A stretch of 64,000 bases of DNA. Origin: Carcharhinus longimanus (lineage: Eukaryota). The notes beneath the pieces were generated by a model. It ran no database searches. It had not been told where the DNA came from and saw nothing but the letters and a program-made list of their open reading frames with translations. The position numbers were made by a program, and so were the translations under genes. Below, piece after piece: positions 9,905-21,051 of the stretch (within the stretch, counting starts at the first letter, position 1; every line of letters begins with the position of its first letter). The DNA is taken from positions 40,264,246-40,328,245 of the forward strand of contig JASCQW010000081.1 of NCBI GenBank assembly GCA_030264375.1, given 5' to 3'.

Positions 9905-10250
9905 CCAGACCCTGTCCACTGTCCCTCCACATGGCTCCAGAACTCCAGGCTCTAAAGCCCGTAACTCTCCAGCGCTCCAAGCCCTGCTGCCTGTCACTCT
10001 CCAGAGTTCCAAACTCTGTCCCATCACTCCACATGGCTCCAGATCCTGCCCCATCACTCTCCAGAACTCTGGACCCTGCCATCTGTCACTCTCCAGAATT
10101 CCAGATATTGCTCTGTCACTCTTTACAACTCCAGACTCTGTTCCCCGACACTCACCAGAGCTGCCTCCTGTTATTTTCAAGAGTTCTAGATCCTGCCTTG
10201 TCATTCCTCACAACTGCAGACTTGTCACCACTCTGTGCCCTAATTCTTGG
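9905..10250. repeat. Degenerate minisatellite, 30-32 bp unit, about 10 copies
   Basis: Units include ccagatcctgccccatcactctccagaact, ccaaactctgtcccatcactccacatggct, ctggaccctgccatctgtcactctccagaatt and ccagatattgctctgtcactctttacaact. Confidence 0.85.
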
Positions 10251-11164
10251 CTCACCTCCTGGTGACAGCTATCATCATCACAGTGAGAGCACACTGTGGC
10301 TCTCATGTGGATGCTGGCAAATAGCTACTTCCTCCCAGTATGGATATAGATCAAAGTCCCACTATGTAAAATCACATGAAATCTCATCATCTGACTGACT
10401 GCTCTATTACGAAAACTTTTCTTGTAACATATATATTCTTGTGTCAGGACTGCTATATATGTAAAAAAAAATCTGCTGACAATTTTTAGTGTGAATACTC
10501 ATTTTGAAGTTTCTCTTGGCTGATAGAGGAATGGTGCATTTTGTTGTGATTTCTTAGCCCCAGTATTGCACATTCTCACTTCCACGAGGAGATTAGCTCA
10601 TTTCTGTGAACAATGAATAGATGGTCCAAGCTCGAGTTCTAGTGAGGAAATGAGACAAAGCAAAGAATGAACAGCATATAGGAAGTAAAGCAGTGGGAGA
10701 AGCATATAGAAAGAAGAAAATACTGAGGGCAGAAAGAGTGGAAAGCCCATTAAAACAAAAGACAAACCAAATCACGAGGGTAATTCCAAGGTACTGCTTA
10801 AGAGTGGTACTTTCTAGAGATGTCTCCCAGAAAATTGCAGATTGGCAGTGCATAATTTTCTGACAATTAAAATCAAAGGAAGATTCTTTGCTGTGAGCAG
10901 TTAATTGACCACTGAGCTCCTCGTTAGAATTATCAGATTACCAAATAAGCTGCATGAGGAAGAGAGAGATCCAAGAAGATTAAGTGTGCAAGAAATGCAA
11001 TTAAAGAAATCTGTTGCCGTAAAGAAAAAGGAGGAAGAATTTGTGAAAACAAAGCTCAAAGATGAACAGAGATACATAACCATAAATGTAAAAACTTGGA
11101 AAAAGATACATACAATGATGGATAAAGTTAAAATTTTAAAAAATGCAATGTGAGAAGAAAGATT

Positions 11165-11720
11165 TAGAGTGGAATCACGTGCTCTCACTGCTGGTGAGCG
11201 TGGAGGCGGGAAGGACAAGTTATTTGGCCGGATAGTGCTGTACCAGAACTCTACAACTCCTCTTGCTTTCTCCAGAATTATGTTCTGGGTGGGAAGGCCC
11301 AAAGTCAAAGTTCTCGCCAACTGAGATCCTTGAACTGCTGATCATTGACCACTGAAAGGTCTCATCCCACCATTGCTGGCACTGGTGGGTGGGCCTGTAA
11401 CCATGTGGTGTGTGTTAGGAATGAGCTAACTACAACCTTGCACTTTAAATCTAATTTGTTATGTTAGTTGTGTAATAGACCTCACTGGGATATATAAAGG
11501 GGTTACAGGTGGCACTGGGTGTTGGAGATTTGTTATGTAGAGTTGAATCAGAAAATAAAGGGAGTGTATGAAGAAGCAGGACTTGCTTCCTTTACTGGAC
11601 TGCAATCAAGAGGCTCAAACAGTGTGCATGGCAGCTAAAGGCACTCAGTGCATGATTGATGGACTAAATGTTAAGAAGGGGGGGAGGCGTGAGCTGCACC
11701 ACCACCCACAGGACATCAAT
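11165..11720. mobile_element. Decayed GC-rich MITE-like element hosting the solo LTR
   Basis: Shares the cattgaccactgaaaggtctcat-type motif with 63505-63530 and, more weakly, 7975-8005. Termini not resolved. Confidence 0.4.
11413..11621 (+). mobile_element. Solo LTR, 209 bp
   Basis: Starts TGTT and ends AACA, flanked by an exact 5-bp TSD GTGTG (11408-11412 and 11622-11626). It has TATATAAA at 11491-11498 and AATAAA at 11554-11559, in the expected order. Confidence 0.8.
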
Positions 11721-12564
11721 TAATATTTAAACATTCTTGAGACACAGCAATGCAACACCAAATGTTCAGAGGAGATATCTGTGTAAAAAAAAATGTAAAC
11801 TGTAGTAGCAAAGAAATCAACTTTAATTGCCTGAGCCATCTGGAGTTGTAAGAACGCAAGCACTTAAGTATGAATAACTAAACAATGTACTTTCCACAAA
11901 GACAACAGGATATTTTCCCTGTCATAGCTGTGTTAGATTTAATGTCTTAGTTAATAAAACGGAAATAAATGTTGCCATGAAGAATTTTTAAAAATTCCAC
12001 GAAACAACCTCCAGGCAGAACAATCCTAATGTATATATTTAAAGTTGAAATGGAGGATCAACGGACAAGATGTTATTCAAGATGACACAACGACTTTGTC
12101 TTCATTCTTCCATTTACCCATTTCACTATGATTATTCAACCACTTATGCTCTGAAATTAGCTTTGGTTGGGAACTTCCATGAAAGGTACCTTTAGTTTAT
12201 TGTGAGCTTTTATGTAGCAAATGCAGTAGCCACACCTGTGGTTTTTATAGTAGGTTTCAGTTGTTGAATGGTTTCTCAATGCCTTTCAACACTCATGAAA
12301 CATGTACTGTCAGCTAGTATCCAAATGAATGCAAAACTCGCCAGAGGTTAATGCTTCCACACAAGATTAAACAAAAAGGACTCAAAATAACTCTGGTAGG
12401 TTTCTCAATCTCCAAAGTTGATACAGTACTCCAGGAGGCATCACCCAAATTTTTTACTCTCCTGATCTTGTCTCACAAGTGTTTCTAAGGGTAAAACTGG
12501 TGTCCTCCTTAAAAGTCCTGATCAAATCCAAAACCTTGCCTCCAATGGTTCAGAGTTACTCCCT

Positions 12565-12654
12565 GGGCAGCATGGTGGACAAGATGCTCTTTTGGAGAGT
12601 CAGTGCAGACTCAATGGGCTGAATGGCCTCCTTCTGCACTGTAGGGGTTCTATG
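12565..12654 (+). mobile_element. HE1 SINE remnant (CR1-type tail with a short head-like stub)
   Basis: gggcagcatggtggac followed directly by the tail ...gtgcagactcaatgggctgaatggcctccttctgcactgtaggggttctatg. Confidence 0.7.
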
Positions 12655-13404
12655 CTTTTAAAATATTGGCCAGGATTTAAAATAATGAAAATCTGAGCAG
12701 AGAACTTAACAGTGTCTCAATTGTGCCAAATTGAAAGATTGAGAGCTGCATTGTTTAAGCTCAGTTTTTAGTTCATCCTTTCAAGAGTGTTAAAGTGATT
12801 TCTACACAAAGAATGGAACATAAATTGCGCCCCAAAAATTTAGTCTGTTCTTAGTTGCAGGTGGTATACTCCTATCCTACAGAACATCAATAGACGATAC
12901 AAAATGTTCTGAAAACTGGGAGGTAACCATTAAGGTCAGAGATCTTCTGGCATGGAGAATGTGACAGCTCAGTAAGATGGCTGACAATATACATCTTTCA
13001 CAGAAAACAGAAACAGTTGAATAAAAGTACTGTAAATCATAACTCAGCTTATATCTCAGTCTAAACTGTTTAAAGTTTGATGCTCCATTGAAGAGGAGGA
13101 GTGTTTGAAACTCTTATCAACTTAAAAAAAAATTCACACTGGAATGATTAAAAGACATTTTTCTGAGCTATCATATGTCCCTTGGTTTATTGCCAGCCCT
13201 AGTATTTCACAAAATGAACAACCGAATCACTATTTCTTCATAAACTAATCCCCAAGTAACTTTTAATCCCCTTTTAATTACAAACCTTAGCAATTTGATT
13301 ACCTGTCTTGGCTTTAACAAAGGCAGTCGTCAGATAAGAATTTACTGTCTCTATAGCAATATTACTTTTTTTTTTACAACCAACTGATTCAATAACTACA
13401 TCTG

Positions 13405-13643
13405 ATAGAATCACAGACTCCCTGTGGTGCAGGAGGAAGCCATTTGGCCATCGAGCCTGCACTGACAACGATCCCAAACAGGGCCTATCCCTGTAGCCTC
13501 GAGCATTTACCCTACTATTCTCCCTGACATAAGGGGCAATTTGGCATAGCCAATCCGCCTAACACACATATCTATGGACTGTGGGAGGAAATCAGAGCAC
13601 CCAGCGGAAACCACCTATGCAGACATGGGGAGGACAGGCAAAT
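13405..13643 (-). mobile_element. HE1-type V-SINE, tail type B (CR1/HER1 tail), 5'-truncated
   Basis: The reverse strand has core ggtttccgctgggtgctctgatttcctcccacagtcc and tail gatggccaaatggcttcctcctgcaccacagggagtctgtgattctat. Confidence 0.88.
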
Positions 13644-13919
13644 ACAAATGGGACTAGAGTAGAAGCTAAGGGAGTAAGTTTAACCTTAGCCATAAAATAG
13701 GAAACCAGGATCTCTGGGTCAGTTGACCCCACCCATACTACTCCTCTCATTGACTTTGATGGACTGAAGTTGATGTGATGTTAAAAAGGTAATAGACATA
13801 ACCCTGTCCAATTTGTCCTTCATTAAAATTACCTCCTAAATATTTCATTAGCAGATCTGGCTATGTTTGAGCACAAAAACAAACCATTTACTATTCTTAT
13901 GGAAGTGTATTTACATTTA

Positions 13920-14230
13920 TCAACATGGCTTAGTTGGCAACACTGCCAGCTTTGAGTATGAAAGTCATGGGTTCCCAACCCACTCCATAATCTGGACTGC
14001 AGAACAGTACTGGGAAAGTTTTGCACTGTCAAAAGGTAGTTTATTTTAGTTGATCTTTGAAACTGAAGTCATGCCTGATCCATAAAAGACCACATCAGAA
14101 GGCTCAGGTGTCTTGGGCTAAACTAATACCTCCAACAACATATTCCCCCTCCACATAAAGTTGGGTGGCTCTATTAAATTTGCATAAATGGCTAAATCTT
14201 TTCCCTACACAAATAATTCTTTTTGTCCAA
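13920..14230 (+). mobile_element. Highly decayed SacSINE1-like copy
   Basis: tggcttagttggcaacactgcc...gggttcccaacccactcca...cagtactgggaaagttttgcactgtc...cataaaagaccacat follows the order seen in the better copies. Confidence 0.55.
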
Positions 14231-14254
14231 TTTATTCATCTGCCGAAGGCCTGT

Positions 14255-14555
14255 GTTTTGCTGTAACACGTATCCTAGCCTCCGCCAGTCCTCCAGTGTC
14301 ATGCCAATGTAACCATTCTTCACACCGTTTTAGCTGACACAAGTGTTGCTGCACTGATTGAAGGTGGAATGCATCACAGCTGAGCTCAAGTCATCCTTGT
14401 CAAGCAATATCCACAAACATATATTTTTCTGGGTGGTTAGCCATCTGGAATGGAAACTGTCATTAAGTATTCCCTCCCTAACCCAGGGCACTAAAGCCAA
14501 TGCAGCTTCTCAATTGTTAGCCAGGCTGAAATGAGTTCCTCTGTATGGACCGATA
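14255..14555 (-). mobile_element. Ancient tRNA-type SINE family, unnamed (related copies at about 26530-26790 +, 37270-37480 -, 49580-49830 -, 60990-61092 +)
   Basis: Shared blocks among copies: atctcagcc/atttcagcc, gctacaatt/gctgcatt, and gaatagcctgcc (26761) versus aaatagcctgtc (reverse strand, 49681). Strongly diverged. Confidence 0.5.
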
Positions 14556-15504
14556 TGAATGGTTTTTAAAATTTATGATCAAATCTGCTTCAAACTATAC
14601 CATTGCTGACTTGTGAAACACTTAAACTGTAACTAAGTAAAGGAATTTCCTTTGGTGCCTTAATTAGCAAAAACAAAAAAAACTGTTCTAAATTTTTAGA
14701 TCAAAGTAAGAACATTTTAGTTAAGCTCACATAAATATAGGCATACATATATTAAATACATGTTATGAGGCCAAATGGAATTTGTTCTGGCTTAGCAACA
14801 TGCATAACTTCACTGCAAAGGCAGAGAGAATCTTAACTCCTTGTGGGGTTTTGTACATACAAATTGCTTAAGTTCAAGAGTCTGAATGAAAGGGTCAAGA
14901 AGGTGTTTGGTTAGGTGTAGTTTCACATTTCAACATATGTACTACTAGTTCAAGCAGATAGAGGCTCACTTTGATTTCAGGTGACAGTGTAAAACAATCA
15001 ATTTCAATTCCACTTCATTGATTTCAATGGTAAAAAAATTCTTGTACACCTAATGGAAATCAATAAGATTTCTTTCTCAAATGAAGAGATTTTTAAAGAT
15101 ATAAATATCGTCTATGGGTTTTCATAGCATAAAATAACAACTTTACAAACCCCTAAACTTTTCAATGTATGCTCAACTGGTGCAATCATGAAATAGATCC
15201 CTTTGCGAGCAGACGCTTTTCAACTATTATGAATGAAAGTACACTATCATGCATATTCAATTGGCTGGTGATTCTGTTCTGCTGAAATATAAGTTACTGT
15301 TAACAGACTGTATGCACATCATACAGGGAGGAGTCACTGCGAAAGCCCACAGTTCCAAAGCTTCGACGTGACAGGATCCTAGTTAAATGGAGAAATATAT
15401 TTTGGAGATAAGCCAGTGCTGCAGACAGGAATAGGTGACTCATGCACTACCAAGTGCCGCACTATCATCATAAATAACACAGTGGTTTCAGATAATAAGA
15501 AGAA

Positions 15505-15630
15505 ATATTCAGAAGAATGATCGATTGGAAATGTTAACCTGTCTTTCCATTTCAGATGCTAATTGGCCTTCTGTGTATTTCCAGCATTTTCTACATTTTA
15601 ATTCAAATTTCTACCACACATGCAGATTTC
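15505..15630 (+). mobile_element. Penelope terminal-repeat remnant
   Basis: gaaatgttaacctgtctttc...cagatgct...tatttccagcattttct, the reverse of the end at 1892-2000. Confidence 0.6.
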
Positions 15631-16370
15631 TTTTCAGCTTTTTACCTTCTTCGCAGACTTGTTCACAGCAGTCCCAATTTAGAAATCACACTAAAATATC
15701 ATTAAAAAGGATTGACAACTTCGAAAAGCTCAATAAGGATCCAGATGACTTGAACATCAAATGAGTTACACAATGGATATGAGGAAACAGTTGGACAGGG
15801 AAAGTATTTCTGAGATCTTGTTAAAAGTTTTTGAAACAAAATCATTTTTGGTTACTCATGTTGATCATACACAAAATTACAAGTAGTAAATATGATATTC
15901 CCCCATTCTATGAAACATTGTTTGTAATACAGTTCAACCCATTTGAAACTGCTCTCTCTGAAGTGTAATTTGCTGTCAAAATGTATCTTAACAACCCTCA
16001 ATTACATTGTCTTTTCCAGAAGTGCTCGAGAGACATTATGGGCTATTTGAAAACATTTGGAAGATTCCCTGATCGTGAGGTCAATTTGGAAAGATTAAAG
16101 TCTCGATGTAGTCGATTTCATTCTTTCAGAATACCAACCCTACTATCTCACCATTGCAGCACATAGCTGTTTTTAAAGGCCTCCAGTATCTTCCCTCAGC
16201 AACTCTGACAAGCATTTGTTTCTATTGCACCTGTAAATTACAGAACCTTTATTCAAAGTAAAAGTGCAGTGGGGTTACACATTGTGGAGCCCATTACGAA
16301 CAAGTCATTAAATGATAGATAATAGTCTCTCTGAAAGGGAAAAGTTACTGTGTGGTCCTGATTATAAAAT

Positions 16371-16877
16371 AATTTGATTTGATTTATTTTTGTCACATGT
16401 ATTAGCCTACAGTGAAAAGTATTGTTTCTTGCGTGCTATACAGACAAAGCATACCATTCATAGGGAAGGAAATGAGAGAGTGCAGAATGTAGTGTTACAG
16501 TTCTCGTTAGGGTGAGAGAAAGTTCAACTTAATGCAAGGTAGGTCCATTCAAAAGCCCGTTGGCAGCAGGGAAGAAGCTGTTCTTGTGTCAGTTGGTACG
16601 TGACCTCAGACTTTTGTATCCTTTTCCCAACAGAAGAAGGTGGAAGAGAGAATGTTCGGGGTGTGTGTGGTCCTTAATTATGCTGGCTGCTTTGTTGAGA
16701 CAGCGGATAGTGTAGACAGAGTCAATGGATGGGAGGCTGGTTTACATGAAGGATTGGGCTACATTCACAACCTTTTGTAGTTTCTTGCAGTCTTGGGCAG
16801 AGCAGAGCTATACCAAGTTGTGATACAACCAGAAAGAATGCTTTCTATGGTGCATCTGTAAAAGTTGGTGAGGGTCA
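16371..16877 (-). mobile_element. Rex1/Babar LINE 3' fragment
   Basis: Minus-strand translation TLTNFYRCTIESILSGCITTWY...KAASIIKDHTHPEHSLFHLLLLGKGYKSLRSRTN*HKNSFFPAA is typical of the Rex1 ORF C-terminus. The 3' end is ttttcactgtaggctaatacatgtgacaaaaataaatcaaatcaaa. Confidence 0.92.
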
Positions 16878-16892
16878 AATGACTTTGGAAAT

Positions 16893-17140
16893 ATAGAACA
16901 TAGAACATAGAACATTACAGCGCAGAACAGGCCCTTCGGCCCACGATGTTGCGCCGACCAGTTANNNNNNNNNNNNNNNNNNNNNNNNNNNNNNNNNNNN
17001 NNNNNNNNNNNNNNNNNNNNNNNNNNNNNNNNNNNNNNNNNNNNNNNNNNNNNNNNNNNNNNNNCCGCACTAGAGTAGTGTACAGTTGCAACATTACACT
17101 GCGACTCCTAAATTCAATCCCCCTACCAATAAACGCCAAA
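16893..17140 (-). mobile_element. Young CR1/HER1 LINE fragment spanning a 100-N gap
   Basis: ORF text LAFIGRGIEFRSRSVMLQLYTTLVR, a (GTTCTAT)n tail, many intact CpGs, and the 8-bp repeat AAATATAG at 16889-16896 and 17139-17146. Confidence 0.92.
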
Positions 17141-18442
17141 ATATAGGATGTAAATAATTTAAACCCTCTTTGTGCCACTGACTATTGAACAAAGAGTTTA
17201 ATCTTATTCTGTAGGAGAGGCAGTCACACCCTATTGGTGAAGTTGTATTATCTCATACAACCATGTTTATTTTTTTCATTTATATCAGTGAAATCATTCA
17301 TTTGCTAAAACAGTCTATTATATGATCTCAAGTAGCAACATAATATACACTGAGCCCTTCATTTAAAGCAATACCAAGTAAAAATCAATCAACTTGCAAG
17401 GTAAGGGTTTACTTTACTCGTTGCTCCAACATGGTCAGTAATCCAATTTTAACGTTTTGTAATAGTCAATGAAAGATTTAAAAGTGTGCACAATTTTTAA
17501 AGAGATAACACTACGCAAAAGAGACACCAAAGGAGGAAATAAATTGGTCAGCAACAATACACTCGAAATCACAAAGACTTTCCAACAGCTAACAAGCTAC
17601 TTAACCAGAATTAACAACAGAAAGTCTTTGAATGTAGCCAGACCATGTGCAATCATTCTACGAAGCAACCGAATTGGAAATTTGTAAATCCCTTCTGTGG
17701 GCACTGACTATGTGAGTGTATTCCAATAAGGGAAAATTAAAGGATATTTTGTTGGGCTGGGCAGCTTCCTAAGAAGCCACAGAAACAAATCAAACAAATC
17801 AGAGTCCTTCAAAAGAATAAAATGGATGTTCTTGCACAAAGATAAAAAAATTACAAATGTGATGGAAGGAAGGTGGGGCAAGCGAAGAGTTTGAGTCCCA
17901 CTCCAGCTGAGGTAGACTTAAGGCCTTCTTCCTCACACTGCCTGTTGTAATTTGATGATACCATCTCAAGTCGTAAGAAAGGTAATGAAAATAATTAGGT
18001 TCTGCACAGTGAATTACATCTGTCACAAAAACAGAACTTACTATAGGAAAAAATTTCCATCATTAAGTCGCTCTCCCTGAACCCACACAGCCCTTAGGTT
18101 TAAAACTAAAACCTGCACAAAATAGGAGATCATTGAATGAAATGTGTTGTTGATGTTCCAATAAATAACAATATGAAGACAGAACTGAAAGTAGAAACTG
18201 CCTGAAGCTCACAAAGACCAGTGGCATTTAAAATAGTATAGATGTTTTATCGGAAGGGGAGAGAACCGATTTGTTCAAGAGTCGGCCTGTCAAAAATACT
18301 GCCCTGAAGGAAACCAGAGGGGTGCACAAACTTACACACAAAATATTCCATGATTTTCACAATAATGTTTATGACATTATCCATACATGAAAAACTGTGC
18401 AAGTAATGGCAATACAAACCCAAGTTAATTAGCTCAAAGCAG

Positions 18443-18975
18443 AGAACAAAGCACAAAGAAAAGTATAGCACAGGAAGAGGCCTTTCTGCCCTCCAAACCT
18501 GTGCTGATTATTGTACCCTAACTAAGCTAAAAAAAAAACCTTCTGCCCTTACTTGGTCTGTATCCCTCCATTCATGTACCCATCCAGATGCCTCTTAAAT
18601 GTTGCTAATGTGCATGCTTCCATCATCTNNNNNNNNNNNNNNNNNNNNNNNNNNNNNNNNNNNNNNNNNNNNNNNNNNNNNNNNNNNNNNNNNNNNNNNN
18701 NNNNNNNNNNNNNNNNNNNNNNNNNNNNNNNNNNNNNNNNNNNNNNNNNNNNNNNNNNNNNNNNNNCTATGCCTCTCATAATTTTGTAGACCTCTATCAG
18801 GTCTCTCCTCTGTCTCCATCTTTTTAATCAAAACAATTCTAGTTTATTGAACCTCATAGCCAACACTGTTGAGACCAGGCAACATCCTGGTGAACCTTCT
18901 TTGCACTCTCTCCAAAGCTTCCATGTCCTTCTGATAGTACGGTGAACAGAAGTGTATGTAATACTCCAAATGAGT
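18443..18975 (-). mobile_element. CR1 LINE 3' fragment spanning a gap
   Basis: Remnants of LEYC.QFWSPYYRKDMEALERVQRRFTRMLPG and MEACTLATFKRHLDGYMN, with a (TTCTTTG)n-like tail. Confidence 0.9.
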
Positions 18976-19272
18976 ATTTTACATACACACAGCAAACAAT
19001 TACTGAGCATCTGTCATTGGTATTATTTGACAGAAAGTTGAGGAGGATGTGTATTTGAATTACCAAAATGCACTCCATTTTGAGGATACGCAGTTACAGA
19101 ATTAATCCTGCAATATCACTTCTACTCTTTTCACTCAGCAAGGGGTCTTGCAGGCACATCCAAAATAACAGCAACGCCACCCAAGTAACTTAAGCACCTG
19201 CATACATACAGCCATTCATGAGAATTAAATAGTGATGTGCCTAAAAAAGCACAGGGTGAAATACTCGTGAAG

Positions 19273-19312
19273 AACATGTATACTAACATGTATACTAACA
19301 TATATACTAACA
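19273..19312. repeat. 12-bp tandem repeat (aacatgtatact), about 3.3 copies
   Basis: aacatgtatact aacatgtatact aacatatatact aaca. Confidence 0.9.
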
Positions 19313-19319
19313 GTATATG

Positions 19320-19768
19320 TGTAGACAAGAGCTGAGCTAAAGTTTCGAGTCTGGATGACTCTTCGTCAGAGCTGATGACAACTGGAAATAGAATAAGATT
19401 GATACTTTTGTGTAGGGGGGGATGAGGAAGAAGGTGGGGTGGCAGTGGTGGATGGAGTGTTGGAGCTGGATAGAGCAGCAATGACAGGTGGAGGCAGGGG
19501 AGAGATTGGCAAAGATGTCATGGACAAAAGCGCAAAGGGAATGTAAATGGTGATGATTACAGCTAAGATAGGTGTGGATAGTGGCACACATTCTTTTTCA
19601 TACTCTCCCTTGTCTCCACCTATCGCTGATCTCTAGCCAAACCACACCCACACACACGCGCATGCACACATAGTTAGCTCTGTGTTCTCTCTCCACAGAT
19701 GCTGTCAGGTGTGCTGAGATTTTGCAGCATGAGCTAAAGTTCCAGCATCTGCAGTAATTTGATTCTAC
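19320..19768. mobile_element. Penelope-derived element with inverted ends
   Basis: The left part is in minus orientation and carries a hammerhead. The right part is in plus orientation and ends gttagctctgtgttctctctccacagatgctgtcag...ttccagcatctgcagtaatttg. Confidence 0.75.
19334..19374 (-). ncRNA. Minimal hammerhead ribozyme motif, best-preserved copy
   Basis: Reverse strand: agct-CTGACGA-a-gagtc-atcca-gactc-GAAA-ct-TT-agct. It has a perfect 5-bp stem II and a 4-bp helix I. Confidence 0.75.
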
Positions 19769-20379
19769 CTCATGTAACAGACTGTCCTACCTGAGTTATT
19801 TGTATTTGTTTTCCAAAGGAAGACACTAAAACACATGAAGAATCATGATCTGTTATTTGCTTCAATCCACATGTGCTTAAACTGGCCGAACAACTGTTTG
19901 CACTGCAGTTTGTTATTCATGGCTTTTCTCTTCCCCCTCAAACGAAATGTTGAATATTCTAGTAATTTCAGCTGCTATATTTTAAGAACTGGAGAATCAC
20001 TCCAATTTCACCAATTTACCTCTTAACCTATGACTCATCATTTTTACAGAAACATTATCACATTTCATGAATTATAACTTTAATGGAATTACGTAAATTG
20101 CAATTAGCTCCCTAAATTTAGATTATAATTTATAGCCTGTTAAGTTCTTCAGCAATACGAACGTAGCATAGTTAATTTTTTGCTATGCTGCATATGTAGA
20201 AGGTGGACATAAATATGTAGGTAGACATTTATTGCTATAAGACACCAAATTTATAATTACATTAGCTTTACTCATTAGCACTAGTCATAGTAAGTCATTA
20301 AAGAGTTTTTAGTTGGCAAATGTGTAACAAATTATAAATGATTCCAGCATAATTAATATTTGATACCATGGCGTGAAGC

Positions 20380-20930
20380 TTTAGGATGAAATCTGGAGAG
20401 TTATCAGGGAACACATCCCCACCGACTCAGGCAGGCCAGCGGCCATTTTACATTCTAATGAGTGCAGATGGGACTTCCGTCCTGACTTGGACAGGAGTCC
20501 CGCCCTGAAGAGCTGCTGGCCAATTAGAATGGTCATCAGCTCTCCTGCTCTTCCAGGAACAGCAATAATGGGACATGGAGGCCAGATAAATGATACAGGT
20601 TGGTGAGGGGTGGGGTGGAGTAAGGTCTAGTGGTGTCTGATGCCCCAGTCAGAAAGGGGCTTCTATATTCTTGCCCGAGATCCAGGATTTAAATTTTTTC
20701 TATTTTCCACCCTGATTTATCTGGCGCCCACCAGCCTAAATATTGAGGTGGGGTGGGTAGAGGCCCTCAAGTGGTCTTAATGGGGCAAGGCTGTGTTTAC
20801 CATCCAAGGACCTGCTCGGCCCACTGTAAAAACTGCAATCAGGCAAAGGGAGATGGGATCCTAGAGGGAATCTCGTCCATGCAATTTTGCACTCCATCCC
20901 CTCGTCCTAAAATCCCAGAAACTGAAGGGG
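20380..20930. mobile_element. Decayed GC-rich MITE-like element
   Basis: cctaaatattgaggtgggg...ggccctcaagtggtcttaat resembles cctgaaaattgaggctgag...ggcctttaagtcattaat at 63464-63510. Confidence 0.45.
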
Positions 20931-21051
20931 ACTGTCCCTATAAATATTGTGGCTACAAGAGCAGGTCAGAACCTTGGAATTCTGCAGCAAGTAACTCATT
21001 TCCAGAATCCCCAAAGCTTGTTCACTATCTACAAAGCGTAAATCAGGAGTG

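Noticed and set aside
9759-10398. Repetitive ORFs, or a CRISPR-like periodicity
   Set aside because: These are head-to-tail degenerate units without unique spacers, in a eukaryotic context with no cas genes. Unit lengths of 30-32 do not keep the frame.
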